A DNA stretch of 64,000 nucleotides from an uncultured Thermomicrobiales bacterium (GCA_902806345.1 CADCWF010000204.1:6234-70233); one strand, 5' to 3'. Shown: positions 17,436 through 27,442, counted from the stretch's first letter. Numbers and translations are program-made. Notes: generated from the sequence alone by a model not told the origin.

Positions 17436-18851
17436 CTACCCGTGATGTGGCTCGCCGTCCTCCGCGGCGCGGATGGCTGGCAACCCCCCGGCGACCAGCA
17501 GGGCCAGCAGGAGGACCCCGATCATCGCCGCGTTCTGGACCGTCAGCGCCCGGCGCAACCCCTCGCCCGGGCCAAAGGTGGCGATCAGGGCCCCGCCGAT
17601 ACCTGCACCGAGCCCGCTGCCGAGCATGTTTGCCAGTTGCAGCGAGGCCGAGGCTTCGCCCTCCTGCCCCGTCGGGGCGGTCTCCAGGACGGAGAGGGAG
17701 ATGGTCGAGAAGGCGAGGCCCATGCCGATCCCGCCGATGCCCCAGACGATCGGCGCCAGCGCGGGCGGGACCGCCGGCGAGAGCAGGAGAGTGATGCCGA
17801 CGGCGCCGATCGTCAGCAGGGCAAGACCGGCCCGCACCAGCCGCCGGCGGAGACCGGAGCCGGCCAGGCGGGCCTGGAGCCAGGAGCCGCTGGTCCAGGT
17901 GATGGTCACCGCGGTCAGCGTCAGGCTGGCGAACAGGATGGAGCTGCCGCGGAGGTCGACCAGCGCCAAGGGGATGAAGGCCTCGACGCCGAAGAAGCCG
18001 AGGTTGAGCAGCCCCATCGTCGCGATCGCGGCCGGCAGCCCCGGTCTGGCGGATAGGGTTCCCGCGGGCAGCAGGCGGGCGAGAGGTGGCAGGCCCAGCG
18101 CCAGGCCGGCGGCGATCAACGGCACGGCGCGGCGGGGATCGGGCTGGGAAAGCCCGCCCAGCAGCAGGCCGGCCCCGGCCGCCAGTGCCGCCGCCAGGAC
18201 CACCCGCCGACCCGCCGCCCCAGGCACCGAACCGCCCGGGATCGGGCGCAGGGCCGGCAGCGCCAGCGTCGCCGCGATGGCCGGCAGGGGGGCGAGGCCG
18301 AGGAACACCCAGCGCCAGCCGGGTCCCTCGGCGACGAGGCCGGCGAGGGCGGGGCCGATCAGCCCGGGCACCACCCACGCGGTCGAGAGGAAGGCCAGCA
18401 TCCGCGGCCGGGCGGCATCCGGGTAGACGCGGCCGACCGCGACGTAGGCGATCGAGCCGAGGCCGCCGCCGCCGAATCCCTGGAGGGCACGGGCGGCGAC
18501 CAGGGCCCACATCGTTGGCGCCAGGCCGCCCAGAATCAACCCGGCCGCGAAGAGGACGACGCCCCAGACGAAGGGCGCCGCCGGACCGCGGGCGTCGGCG
18601 TGGAGCCCGGCGACGACGATGCCGACGAGGTTGGCCAGGAGGAAGGCGCTGAAGACCCAGCCGTAGAGCCCCTGGCCCTGGAGCTCGTCGGCGACGAGCG
18701 GCATCACCGTCGCAATGGCAAGCGCTTCGAAGGCGACGGCGACGACGTTCAGCAGCAACCCGCCGGTGAGGCGCCGCAACGCCGGACTCCACGGTCCGAC
18801 GGCACCGGTTTCCCCCAGCGGCTCGCTCCCCGCGGTCGCCCCTGCGGCCAT
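17436..18851 (-). CDS. MFS transporter
   Basis: The internal ATG at 18851 is preceded by GGGGAGG. There are about 12 TM segments, with MFS motifs GLHADARGP and ARALQGFGGGG. Confidence 0.85.
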   Translation of the reverse strand: MAAGATAGSEPLGETGAVGPWSPALRRLTGGLLLNVVAVAFEALAIATVMPLVADELQGQGLYGWVFSAFLLANLVGIVVAGLHADARGPAAPFVWGVVLFAAGLILGGLAPTMWALVAARALQGFGGGGLGSIAYVAVGRVYPDAARPRMLAFLSTAWVVPGLIGPALAGLVAEGPGWRWVFLGLAPLPAIAATLALPALRPIPGGSVPGAAGRRVVLAAALAAGAGLLLGGLSQPDPRRAVPLIAAGLALGLPPLARLLPAGTLSARPGLPAAIATMGLLNLGFFGVEAFIPLALVDLRGSSILFASLTLTAVTITWTSGSWLQARLAGSGLRRRLVRAGLALLTIGAVGITLLLSPAVPPALAPIVWGIGGIGMGLAFSTISLSVLETAPTGQEGEASASLQLANMLGSGLGAGIGGALIATFGPGEGLRRALTVQNAAMIGVLLLALLVAGGLPAIRAAEDGEPHHG

Positions 18852-19845
18852 GTCGTTGCGCCTCCCCTCGTCCGACCCGTCCGTCGTCGCCGGTGCCGCG
18901 ACCGAGTGATCGGCCGGGAGCGAGGGTAGTGCTTCGAGATCGGTTGAAGTCAAGAGGTTCCCCGCGAGCGCAGCAGCCGATGGAATCCGGGAACCCACTT
19001 GATGAGAAGGCGACATCGGCTGCGGTGGAATCGCCGGTCTCTCGGGGGCGCAGGCGGGCACGGCTTCCGTCATCCTACAGCCAACGGTTCGGGAGGCTTG
19101 CTTGGCGGTAGCGGAGATCGGCGACGACGTGCTCGGCCGGTCGCACTGGTGCCGAGTAGAAAGCTCCCTCCCTCGATCAGCAGGTCGACCAACCGATCGC
19201 CGACTACCGCGCCAACCCCATCCGTGTCGTGGACATCGACCGTGGCCACGGGCAGATGCCCTCGGGGTCGCGGCCCTCCTCCGTGGCAACGGTTGCCTCA
19301 TGGAAACGGCCACCCGGCGAAGGGACGCTCAACGTGTCTGTCCACTGCCGCCTGCATCCTCTGGTGCACTGGCGCCCGGTGGTCGGCTGTCCACGGCGCC
19401 CTCCTTCTCTCTGCCGGACGGCATGGAACGAAGGCACGGCTCCGGCCCAAGGCCGGCTGGCCCGGGTTGGCGCGACGAGCTCGAACCGGTGGTCGTCACT
19501 GTCGGGCGATCTGGTTGTCGGAGATCGTCCGCCGAAGCTCTGTGTCGTGGCGCTTGCGCCGGGTGATCGGTTGTCCCACGAGATGGGCCTGGACGAACTC
19601 GTTGCTCCACTCGCATCACCGCTGGATTCCGGTTCGCAGGAGCGCGGCGCCTGCGGTCTGGAAGCAGACAGCGCAACAAGGATATGCACAACGCTTGTAG
19701 CAGCCGGTAACGAGTTCGTTTTCGGCGCCAAGCAAACCTCCCGAAGCTCTGGCGAGCACGGGACAAATGTCCGATCCATGCCGTGCATCATCGCGATCCT
19801 GGACTGGTTCCCGGTCGAGGAGCGGGCAGCGAGGGGAGCGGCCGG

Positions 19846-19854
19846 TGCTAGACT
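19846..19854 (+). promoter_or_regulatory. Putative extended -10 promoter (TGcTAGACT) for cdaA
   Basis: The motif lies 40 nt upstream of the cdaA ATG. There is no good -35 element, as is typical for extended -10 promoters. Confidence 0.4.
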
Positions 19855-19893
19855 TTCCCCTGCGTCCCTTCGCCCCTCTCCCCCGGTGGTCCC

Positions 19894-20841
19894 ATGCCCG
19901 ACCTCGGCTACCTGCTCTCGCAGCTTGGCAACCCCCGGAGCATCTTCGACCTGCTCGTCGTCACCCTCATCGTCTACTGGCTGCTGTGGGTGGCGCGGGG
20001 GACGCGGGCGACCCAACTGATCCGCGGCATCGCCATCCTGCTGGCGCTGGCCTTCTTCCTCGGCACCTCGCTCCAGCTGACGACGCTCAACTGGGTGCTC
20101 TCCCAGATCTGGCCGGCCCTCGTCGTCGCCGTCCCGGTCATCTTCGCGCCGGAGCTGCGGCGCGCCCTGGAGCAACTCGGCCAGACCGGCGCCTGGCTCC
20201 ACTTCTCGCCCTCCTCCGAGGCGATCCAGGAGCGCACGGTCGACGAGTTGGTCCGGGCCGCCGCCCAGCTCGCCCGCCACCGTTACGGGGCGCTGATCGT
20301 GCTGGAGCGGGAAACCGGGTTGCAGAACTTCGTCGAGCGCGGTGTTCCGATCGACGCCCACCTGACCCGCCAGTTACTCATCAACATCTTCTACCCGAAC
20401 TCGCCGCTCCACGACGGCGCCGTGGTCATCCGCGACGGTCGCGTCTCGGCGGCGAGCGTGGTCCTGCCCCTCACCGACAACATCTCGGCCACCGGCCAGC
20501 TCGGTACCCGCCACCGCGCCGCAATCGGCGTGACGGAGGTTTCCGACGCCCTTGCCGTCGTCGTCTCCGAGGAGACCGGCCAGATCGCCGTCGCCCACAA
20601 CGGCCGCCTGATCCGCAATCTCGACCAGGACCGTCTGCGGCGGGTGCTCCGCTCTCTGCTGCGGCTGGATCGGCCGGAGCGGGAGCGGCCGGGGTGGCTC
20701 GGCGGCCTCGAGGGGCGGTTGCCGTTGGGCGGTCGGATCGGCGCCAACGGCCGCTCCGCCGCGGTGGCGAACGGCCGACTGCCCGGGACGGCGCAGGCCC
20801 CGGCCGCGCGGCGCGAGATCGAACCGACGAAGACCACCTGA
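19894..20841 (+). CDS. cdaA: Diadenylate cyclase CdaA (membrane-anchored DisA_N/DAC domain)
   Basis: Three N-terminal TM helices, followed by YGALIVLERE...SPLHDGAVVI...LGTRHRAAIGVTEVSDALAVVVSEETG. Confidence 0.92.
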   Translation: MPDLGYLLSQLGNPRSIFDLLVVTLIVYWLLWVARGTRATQLIRGIAILLALAFFLGTSLQLTTLNWVLSQIWPALVVAVPVIFAPELRRALEQLGQTGAWLHFSPSSEAIQERTVDELVRAAAQLARHRYGALIVLERETGLQNFVERGVPIDAHLTRQLLINIFYPNSPLHDGAVVIRDGRVSAASVVLPLTDNISATGQLGTRHRAAIGVTEVSDALAVVVSEETGQIAVAHNGRLIRNLDQDRLRRVLRSLLRLDRPERERPGWLGGLEGRLPLGGRIGANGRSAAVANGRLPGTAQAPAARREIEPTKTT

Positions 20842-22139
20842 TGCGGACGCCCCAGACCCGCCCTGCCGAACCCGGCCGCTCCCAGATCCCGGTCGACGCG
20901 GTCACCCGGTTGTTCATCTCCCTCCTGATCGCGCTGCTGCTCTGGGGCTGGGTGACGACCCAGCGCAATCCGACCCAGTCGCGGACCATCGCCGAGGTGC
21001 CGATCGCCGCGCCGCAACTGCCGGATGCCGACCTCCAGATCGGCGGCGAGTTGGGCACCGTCACGCTCCAGCTCGAAGGCCCGCAGTCGGTTGTCGAGGG
21101 CATCGTCCGGACCGACCTGGAGCCGATGCTGGACCTGAGCGGGGTCTCGGCGCCCGGTGAGCACACGGTGCCGGTTGTCGTCAGCCTGCCGCCGGCCGTC
21201 CGGATCGACCGGATCGATCCGCCGCGCCTCTCGATCGTCGTCGACGAGCGGGCGGTGCGGACGGTGCCGCTCGAGGTGGAGCGGGAGGAGCCGGACGACG
21301 GCACCCGCCGGTTCGGCGAGATCACCCCGGTCGTCTCGGAGGTGACGGTCGAGGGGCCGCGTCGGCTGGTCGATCAGGTCGAGCGGGTCGTCCTGCCGGT
21401 CGAGATGGGCGAACGCACCGCGGACTTCACCGCCCAGCTCGCGCCGGTCGCACTCGCCGCCGGGGACCAGCCCATACCCGAGGTCGAGGTCCGGCCGCGC
21501 CGGGTGCTGACGACCGTCGAGGTCGAAGCGCGGGGGCGCAGCGTGCCGGTCCTAATCCAGACGGTCGGCAGCCCGGCCCCGGGCTACGAGCTCGGCGACG
21601 ACGCGGTGGACCCCGGCAGCGTGTTGATCGACGGACCGCCCGAGGTCTTGGCCAGCATGGTCTCGGTGTTGACCGAGCCGGTCAGCGTCGACGGGGCGAC
21701 GGCCTCGATCAGCACGCGGGTCGCCTTGACCGGTCTCCCCGGGGAGGTCGGGGTGGTCGAGCCGGCGGACGGCCAGGTGACGGTCGTCATCCAGGTCCGC
21801 CAACGGGGCGTGACGCAGTCCCTGGCCGAGCAGCCGGTGCTGGTCACCGGGGTCGGGCCCGGGCTGGAGGCGATCGTCCAACCGCGGGCCGTCTCGGTCG
21901 TCGTGGTCGCCGCCGAGGACGCCTTGGCGACGCTCCGCGCCGGCGACGTCACCCCACGGGCCTCGGTCGATGGGCTGACGGCCGGGATCCACCAGGTGCC
22001 GCTCACGGTCGCCGTGCCGTCGGGGGTGCAGTGGATCCGGGCGGAGCCGGCGGCGGTCCGGGTGACACTCCGCCCAGTCGCGCCGACCCCGCCGGCCGAG
22101 GCGACTCCGGAGGAGGGGGAGCGGCGGGAGATGCCGTAA
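20841..22139 (+). CDS. cdaR: CdaA regulatory protein CdaR (YbbR-domain repeats)
   Basis: Its ATG overlaps the cdaA TGA. It has one N-terminal TM helix and then four repeats of the YbbR-like pattern (V.V...G.P..GY.......P..V.v.GP...l). Confidence 0.8.
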   Translation: MRTPQTRPAEPGRSQIPVDAVTRLFISLLIALLLWGWVTTQRNPTQSRTIAEVPIAAPQLPDADLQIGGELGTVTLQLEGPQSVVEGIVRTDLEPMLDLSGVSAPGEHTVPVVVSLPPAVRIDRIDPPRLSIVVDERAVRTVPLEVEREEPDDGTRRFGEITPVVSEVTVEGPRRLVDQVERVVLPVEMGERTADFTAQLAPVALAAGDQPIPEVEVRPRRVLTTVEVEARGRSVPVLIQTVGSPAPGYELGDDAVDPGSVLIDGPPEVLASMVSVLTEPVSVDGATASISTRVALTGLPGEVGVVEPADGQVTVVIQVRQRGVTQSLAEQPVLVTGVGPGLEAIVQPRAVSVVVVAAEDALATLRAGDVTPRASVDGLTAGIHQVPLTVAVPSGVQWIRAEPAAVRVTLRPVAPTPPAEATPEEGERREMP

Positions 22140-22164
22140 CGGCGCGGCCGGCAACCGGTCCGGA

Positions 22165-24084
22165 TCAGCCCTCGGTAACGCCCAAGAGCACCGCGGTCTT
22201 CGCCGGCAGCGCCGCCCGCCACCGGGCGTCCTCCCGTTCCAGGGCGACCTCCTCTCCCGATCCGCCGTAGCGACTGTCGGCGGTGGACAGGATCACCCTC
22301 CATTCCCCGTTGGGCCGCCCGCCGGACGAGATCGCCTCGTCCAGATCGATGTCCGCGGAATCGCCGAGGTTGGCCAGCAGCAGTCGGTGGTCGGCGCCCC
22401 GCCAGCGGTGGACGGCGACGACCCGCTCGCCGATTGCCGTCGCCCGGATCCGGGTGCGGTCCTGGTCGTGCAGAACCGGGTCTCCGCGCCGCAGCGCCAG
22501 CAGATCCTGGTAGAGGCGGTAGACGCCGGCGTGGCTCTCGCGTTCCGAGAGGTCGAGCTTCGACGAGCGGAACGTCGCCTGGTCCTGGGGGTCGGGGATC
22601 CGGTCGCGGGAGCGGTCGTCGCGGAAGCCGGCGAACCAGGCGAACTCGTTCCGCCGTCCTTCAGTCACGAGCCGGCCGAGTTCGGGGGTATGGTCCGTGA
22701 AAAAGAGGAACGGCGACGACGCGGCGAACTCCTGCCCCATCCAGAGCAACGGCGTTTCCGGGGCGAACAGCAGCAGGGCCGAAGCGACCGCGAAAGAGGC
22801 CGGGGCGATGAGGTGCTCGAGCCGCTCGCCGAGGGCGCGGTTGCCGACCTGGTCGTGGTTCTCGACGCAGAAGACGAACGCGCCTGCCGGCTCGGTGGTC
22901 ACCTTGGTGCCCCGCGGATGGCCGCCGTGGGGCTCGATCTGGCCCTGGTAGAGGAATCCCTCCTCGATGACGCGGGCGATGCCGGCCGCCGTCCCTTCGA
23001 AGTTGGAGAAGTAGCCTTCCCGCTGCCCGGTCAGCGCCACCCGCACCTCGTGGTGGAAATCGTCGGCCCAGACCGCGTCCAGCCCGTAGCCGCCCTCGGC
23101 GACCGGACGGACGAGCCGGACGTCGTTCCGTTCGTCCTCGGCGATCAGCACGATCGGCGTCCGGGAGGCGGCGCGAGCCTGCTCGCCGAGCTCGGCCAGC
23201 AGGTGGCGCGGGGAGTCGTCGACGATGGCGTGGGTGGCATCGAGGCGCAACCCGTCGACGTGGAACTCCTCGATCCAGGAGCGAGCGTTGCCGATGACGA
23301 AATCGCGGACCCGGCGGCTGTCGGGACCGTCGTAGTTGACCGCGTCGCCCCAAGGGGTGGCGTGGCGCCCGGTGAAGTAGTCGTCGCTGTAGACGCCGAG
23401 GTAGTTGCCGTCCGGGCCGAGGTGGTTGTAGACGACGTCGAGGATCACGCCAAGCCCTGCCTGGTGGGCGGCGTCGACGAGGCGGCGCAGGTCGTCCGGG
23501 CGGCCGTACGCACGGCTCGGGGCGAAGAGGGCGACGCCGTCGTAGCCCCAGTTCCAGCGGCCGGGGAAGTCGGCGACCGGCATCAACTCGATCGCGGTCA
23601 CGCCGAGGCGCTTCAGCTCGGGGAGTTGGTCGACGAGCGCGGCGAACGTGCCGGCGGGGGTGTAGGCGCCGACGTGCAGCTCGTAGATGACGAGGCCGTC
23701 CGTGGTCAGGCCGGGCCAGGCGGTGTCGCCCCAGGAGTACGTCGTCGGGTCGATCGCCTCCGAGGGGCCGTGGACCCCCTCCGGCTGGAACCGCGACCAG
23801 GGGTCGGGGTAGGCCGCGCCGCCGTCGAGCCGGTAGCGATAGCGCGCTCCCGCCCCGATGCCTGGTACGAAGCCGGCGTGGAGTCCGTCCTCCTGCCGGG
23901 TCAACGGGTGGTCGGCGGGGCCGTCCTCCCTCGCGATCCGGACGTCGACGCGCTTCGCCTTGGGCGCCCAGACCGCGAACCGGACGCCGTTGGGGAGGAC
24001 GGTAGCGCCGAGGGTAGGCGACGTGGCGGCATCGGGCTGGGCACCCGGCCGTGGTTCGCGTGTTCTCTGTGGTCCCTCGGCCAA
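22165..24084 (-). CDS. treZ: Malto-oligosyltrehalose trehalohydrolase
   Basis: [48 protein letters not shown] and the GH13 regions AEDERND and VENHDQ. The start codon appears to be TTG. Confidence 0.9.
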   Translation of the reverse strand: MAEGPQRTREPRPGAQPDAATSPTLGATVLPNGVRFAVWAPKAKRVDVRIAREDGPADHPLTRQEDGLHAGFVPGIGAGARYRYRLDGGAAYPDPWSRFQPEGVHGPSEAIDPTTYSWGDTAWPGLTTDGLVIYELHVGAYTPAGTFAALVDQLPELKRLGVTAIELMPVADFPGRWNWGYDGVALFAPSRAYGRPDDLRRLVDAAHQAGLGVILDVVYNHLGPDGNYLGVYSDDYFTGRHATPWGDAVNYDGPDSRRVRDFVIGNARSWIEEFHVDGLRLDATHAIVDDSPRHLLAELGEQARAASRTPIVLIAEDERNDVRLVRPVAEGGYGLDAVWADDFHHEVRVALTGQREGYFSNFEGTAAGIARVIEEGFLYQGQIEPHGGHPRGTKVTTEPAGAFVFCVENHDQVGNRALGERLEHLIAPASFAVASALLLFAPETPLLWMGQEFAASSPFLFFTDHTPELGRLVTEGRRNEFAWFAGFRDDRSRDRIPDPQDQATFRSSKLDLSERESHAGVYRLYQDLLALRRGDPVLHDQDRTRIRATAIGERVVAVHRWRGADHRLLLANLGDSADIDLDEAISSGGRPNGEWRVILSTADSRYGGSGEEVALEREDARWRAALPAKTAVLLGVTEG

Positions 24085-24088
24085 GAGT

Positions 24089-24130
24089 CCTCACCCCCAG
24101 CCCCTCCCCCTTGCGAGGGGGAGGGGAGCT
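24089..24130. repeat. G/C-homopolymer palindromic repeat unit (copy A) in the treY-treZ spacer
   Basis: cctcacccccag + cccctccccc-ttgcga-gggggagggg. The reverse complement matches the units at 43507-43545 and 43581-43615. Confidence 0.7.
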
Positions 24131-24195
24131 ACTGCGCATTCACCCGGCACCGGTCGGTCGGTGGCGAGCGCCAGCATCATCGGATAGCGGCCCGG

Positions 24196-27100
24196 TCAGG
24201 CCAACCGCTCCTCGGTCGCGGCGACGGCCTCCACCCGTTCCAGCAGGGCGAACGGGAGTGCGGTGAAGACCTCGGCCAGGGTGAGCGTCGTCGCGTCGTC
24301 GGACCCGGCCACGCTCCGGAGGATCTGGCCGGTGAAGACATCGCGGTAGGCCGTGCCCGACTCGGTAGTGGGAATGGCGAGCCGGGTGTTGCCCCACACG
24401 CCGGCCCCGAGCGGATCGACGGCCTTCCCGCGCAGCAGCCCGGCGACGAGGCGCGGCACCGCCACGAGCGCCTCTCGCTCGCCCTGACGGCGGGCGAAGG
24501 CGACGACGTGCTCGGCCGCGGACCCCATCGCCTCCACCGGCACGTAATCACCCTCGGCGAACAGCTCCGGCCACGAGCGGCGGCAGGCGAGGGCGCGGTG
24601 GGTCAGCCAGAGTTTGATCCGGCCGTCGGCCTGCCTCACGAGCAGTTCCTTGGCCAGATCGCTGCTCGGGGCACGGCGGCGCAGCTCGGCAAGGGCGGCG
24701 GCGCGCTGGGCGTAGTTGACCGGGCGACGGTTGTCGGGGTCGACCAGGCTCTGGTCCCAAAGCTCGGTGCCCTGGTAGACGTCCGGCACTCCCGGCGCGG
24801 TCAGCTTGAGGAGCTGCTGGGCGAGGGCGTTGATGGCGCCGAGGTGGTCGACGGTGCGCCGCAGCGCCGCGAGATCGTCGAGGAACGGGTTTGCGCCCGA
24901 GGTGTCCAGCGCCGCCCGGACGAAGGCCGAGAGCGCCGCCTCGTAGGCCTGGTTCGGGTTGACCCAGGCGGTGTGGACCTGCGCCTCGCGGACCGCCTTC
25001 AGCATGTAGGCGTCGATCCGGTCGACGAGATCGGCGTCCGGCGCCTCGGACCCGAACGGCCAGGCGCCGAGCAGTGTCTGGTAGAAGAGGTACTCGTCGT
25101 TGCGGTCGGGGGCGAGGCCGTCCTCCAGCTTCCTCTTCTTGCGGCGGTTCAGCCGCGTCCAGCGGTTGAGCGCCGCCCGCCACTCGCGGGGCAGCTCCGA
25201 GAGGACGTCGATCCTGGCCCGGACGTCCTCGCTCCGCTTGGTGTCGTGGGTGGAGGAGGTGAGCATCGCGTGGGGCCAGCGGCGGCGGCGGGCCGCGTTC
25301 TGGCGGTGGAACTCGGCGGGGGCGACGCCGAAAGCGGCCGGGTCGCCGCCGACCTCGTTCTGGGAGGCGAGCCGGTTGTAGACGTAGAAGGCAGTGTCCT
25401 CCAGCCCCTTCGCCATCACCGGCCCGGTCAGTTGCTGGAACTTCATGCCGAAGCGGCAGGCGTCGGCGCGTTGCTCTGGGGTTGCGTCGTCGGCGTTCCG
25501 CAACAGCAGCACGTCGCGCAGGAAGTCGAAGACCGAAGGGTCGGAGGAGGGGTTGCGCTTCTTCGCCAGCGCGATCGCCCGCTCGATGAAGCGGCGGTCT
25601 CGGTCCGGGACGACGCCCTCCTCACAGACGATGTAGGTGCGGTAGACCGGGAAGCAGGCGATGGTCTCGCGCAGGGCGTCGCGCAGCGAGGAGAGCGTGA
25701 AGTCGCGGGTCCGCCGGTCGTGCTCGGAGATGCGGCTGAGCGCCCGCGCCAGGACGTTGGCCTCGGAGGCGAGGGCGGTCCGCAGGATCAGCTTCTTCTT
25801 CTGGTAGACGAGGTCGGCGAAGTCGGTTTTGTACCCGACGAAGCGGGCGTAGAGGTCGTCGAACGGTTTGCGGTTCGCCGGGTCGATGAAGAGCCCGGTG
25901 GCGAGGCGGGCGAACTCGTAGCCGACGGTGCCGGCGACCGCCCAGTCGGCGGGCAACTCCTCGCCGTGCTCGAGGATCTTCTCGACCAGCAGGTAGATGG
26001 CGCGGTCGTCGTCGCTTGGCGGGGGCGCGGCGGGCACCGTGTTGCCGTCACCGGCATCTCCGGCGCGGGCTGCGTCCGTGGTCTCGTCGTCGATTCCCGG
26101 CCCGCGGTGAATCTGGGCGGCCGCGTTCTGGAGTTGACGGAAGTAGCCGGCGGGGTCCCAGAGGCCGTCCGGGTGGTCGATCCGGACGCCGTCGACCTTG
26201 CCCTCGGCAATCAGCCGCAGCAGCAGGGCGTGGGCCGCCTCGAAGACGGCCGGCACTTCCTGGCGGACGGAGGCCAGCTCGTTGATGGCGAAGAAACGTC
26301 GGTAGTTGATCTCCTCGGCCGCCGTCCGGAACGACGAGAGGCGGTACGTCTGCTCGCTCAGCAGCCCGTCGAGGAGGTCGAACGAGCGAGCGTCGCCGGC
26401 GGTGCCGTTGAAGGCGGCGACCGCCCCTGCGACCGCCTCAGCAACGACGGGCGAGGCGGCGACGAGATCGGCCAGCCGCCGCCTGGTGACGATCTGCTCC
26501 CGCCGCCGCTCGGCGACGAGGTCGGGGTCCTGCTCGTCCTGGGGCGCCAGCCGCTCGAAGGCGGTGACGATGCTCTGGAACTCCAGGAAGTCCAGGTCGT
26601 CCGGGGCGAACGCGTCGGCCAGCTCCGGCAGCGGATGGCGGAGGACCGTCGGGTAGGTGGGTGGGGCGATAGGCAGCGGCGTCGCGTAGTAGCAGACGGT
26701 GAAGGCCCCGTCGGCGAAACCCAGCTGCAGTTCGCCCTTCTCGAGGACGACGCCGTAGTGGTCGCCGAGGATCGGCAGGAGCACCTTGCCGCGCAGCTCC
26801 GGCTTGAGCGGCCGCCAATCGATGTCGAAGAACTCGGCGTAGGCGGAGGTCTGGCCGTTTTCGAGAACGTCGAGCCACCAGGCGTTGCTGCCCTCAGCGA
26901 TGCCCATGTGGTTGGGCACGAAGTCGACGAGGTGGCCCATCCCGTGCTCGTGGAGGGTAGCCACGAGGGCGGCGTGAGAAGCCTCGTCGCCGACCTCCGG
27001 GTTGAGCGCGCCGTAGTCGACGACGTCGTAGCCGTGGCTGCTGCCGGGCGTCGCCTTCAGGTAGGGGGAAGCGTAGAGGGCGCCGATCCCGAGGTCGGCC

Positions 27101-27234
27101 AGGTAGGGGACGATCGCCCGGGCGTCTTCGAAGGTGAAGCCGGCATTGAGCTGGACACGGTAGGTCGAGCCGGGGACGTAGGGGTCACCGCCACACCGTG
27201 CCGAGCCAACCGACGCCGCTCGCTGGTCAACCAC
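24196..27234 (-). CDS. treY: Malto-oligosyltrehalose synthase
   Basis: YRVQLN..FTF.DA..IVPYLADLGI..LYASP, GYDVVD, LVDFVPNHMG, FFDIDW and LPILGDHYG. Length is 1012 aa. Confidence 0.92.
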   Translation of the reverse strand: MVDQRAASVGSARCGGDPYVPGSTYRVQLNAGFTFEDARAIVPYLADLGIGALYASPYLKATPGSSHGYDVVDYGALNPEVGDEASHAALVATLHEHGMGHLVDFVPNHMGIAEGSNAWWLDVLENGQTSAYAEFFDIDWRPLKPELRGKVLLPILGDHYGVVLEKGELQLGFADGAFTVCYYATPLPIAPPTYPTVLRHPLPELADAFAPDDLDFLEFQSIVTAFERLAPQDEQDPDLVAERRREQIVTRRRLADLVAASPVVAEAVAGAVAAFNGTAGDARSFDLLDGLLSEQTYRLSSFRTAAEEINYRRFFAINELASVRQEVPAVFEAAHALLLRLIAEGKVDGVRIDHPDGLWDPAGYFRQLQNAAAQIHRGPGIDDETTDAARAGDAGDGNTVPAAPPPSDDDRAIYLLVEKILEHGEELPADWAVAGTVGYEFARLATGLFIDPANRKPFDDLYARFVGYKTDFADLVYQKKKLILRTALASEANVLARALSRISEHDRRTRDFTLSSLRDALRETIACFPVYRTYIVCEEGVVPDRDRRFIERAIALAKKRNPSSDPSVFDFLRDVLLLRNADDATPEQRADACRFGMKFQQLTGPVMAKGLEDTAFYVYNRLASQNEVGGDPAAFGVAPAEFHRQNAARRRRWPHAMLTSSTHDTKRSEDVRARIDVLSELPREWRAALNRWTRLNRRKKRKLEDGLAPDRNDEYLFYQTLLGAWPFGSEAPDADLVDRIDAYMLKAVREAQVHTAWVNPNQAYEAALSAFVRAALDTSGANPFLDDLAALRRTVDHLGAINALAQQLLKLTAPGVPDVYQGTELWDQSLVDPDNRRPVNYAQRAAALAELRRRAPSSDLAKELLVRQADGRIKLWLTHRALACRRSWPELFAEGDYVPVEAMGSAAEHVVAFARRQGEREALVAVPRLVAGLLRGKAVDPLGAGVWGNTRLAIPTTESGTAYRDVFTGQILRSVAGSDDATTLTLAEVFTALPFALLERVEAVAATEERLA

Positions 27235-27433
27235 CGATGCCCCTCGTTCGACCCTGGGCCACCGCTGCTGCCGGTCGCGCCCTGCCTCGGTCGATCGCTC
27301 GTCACGAATCGCCCGGTTCGGCGTCGCAAGACCAAGAACGATGCCACCGGAGGCTTATCCCCGACGAGACCCGGATCCGTTTCGCGGCCCGCCGTGACCG
27401 CCCGCACCCCGAGCGAAGTGTCCGGGGTGCCGG

Positions 27434-27442
27434 TGATAGTAT
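27434..27442 (+). promoter_or_regulatory. Putative extended -10 promoter (TGaTAGTAT)
   Basis: It lies in the divergent spacer between treY and the membrane-protein gene. Confidence 0.3.

Noticed and set aside
19560-19740. A minus-strand fragment ..GCYKRCAYPCCAVCFQTAGAALL.. followed by ..NEFVQAHLVGQPITRRKRH.., considered as an HNH-endonuclease or zinc-finger remnant.
   Set aside because: - The motif order and spacing do not fit HNH (CxxC...HH...N...CxxC/H).
- The reading needs a stop and a frame change.
- Codon bias is absent.
- It is reported only as part of the non-coding gap.
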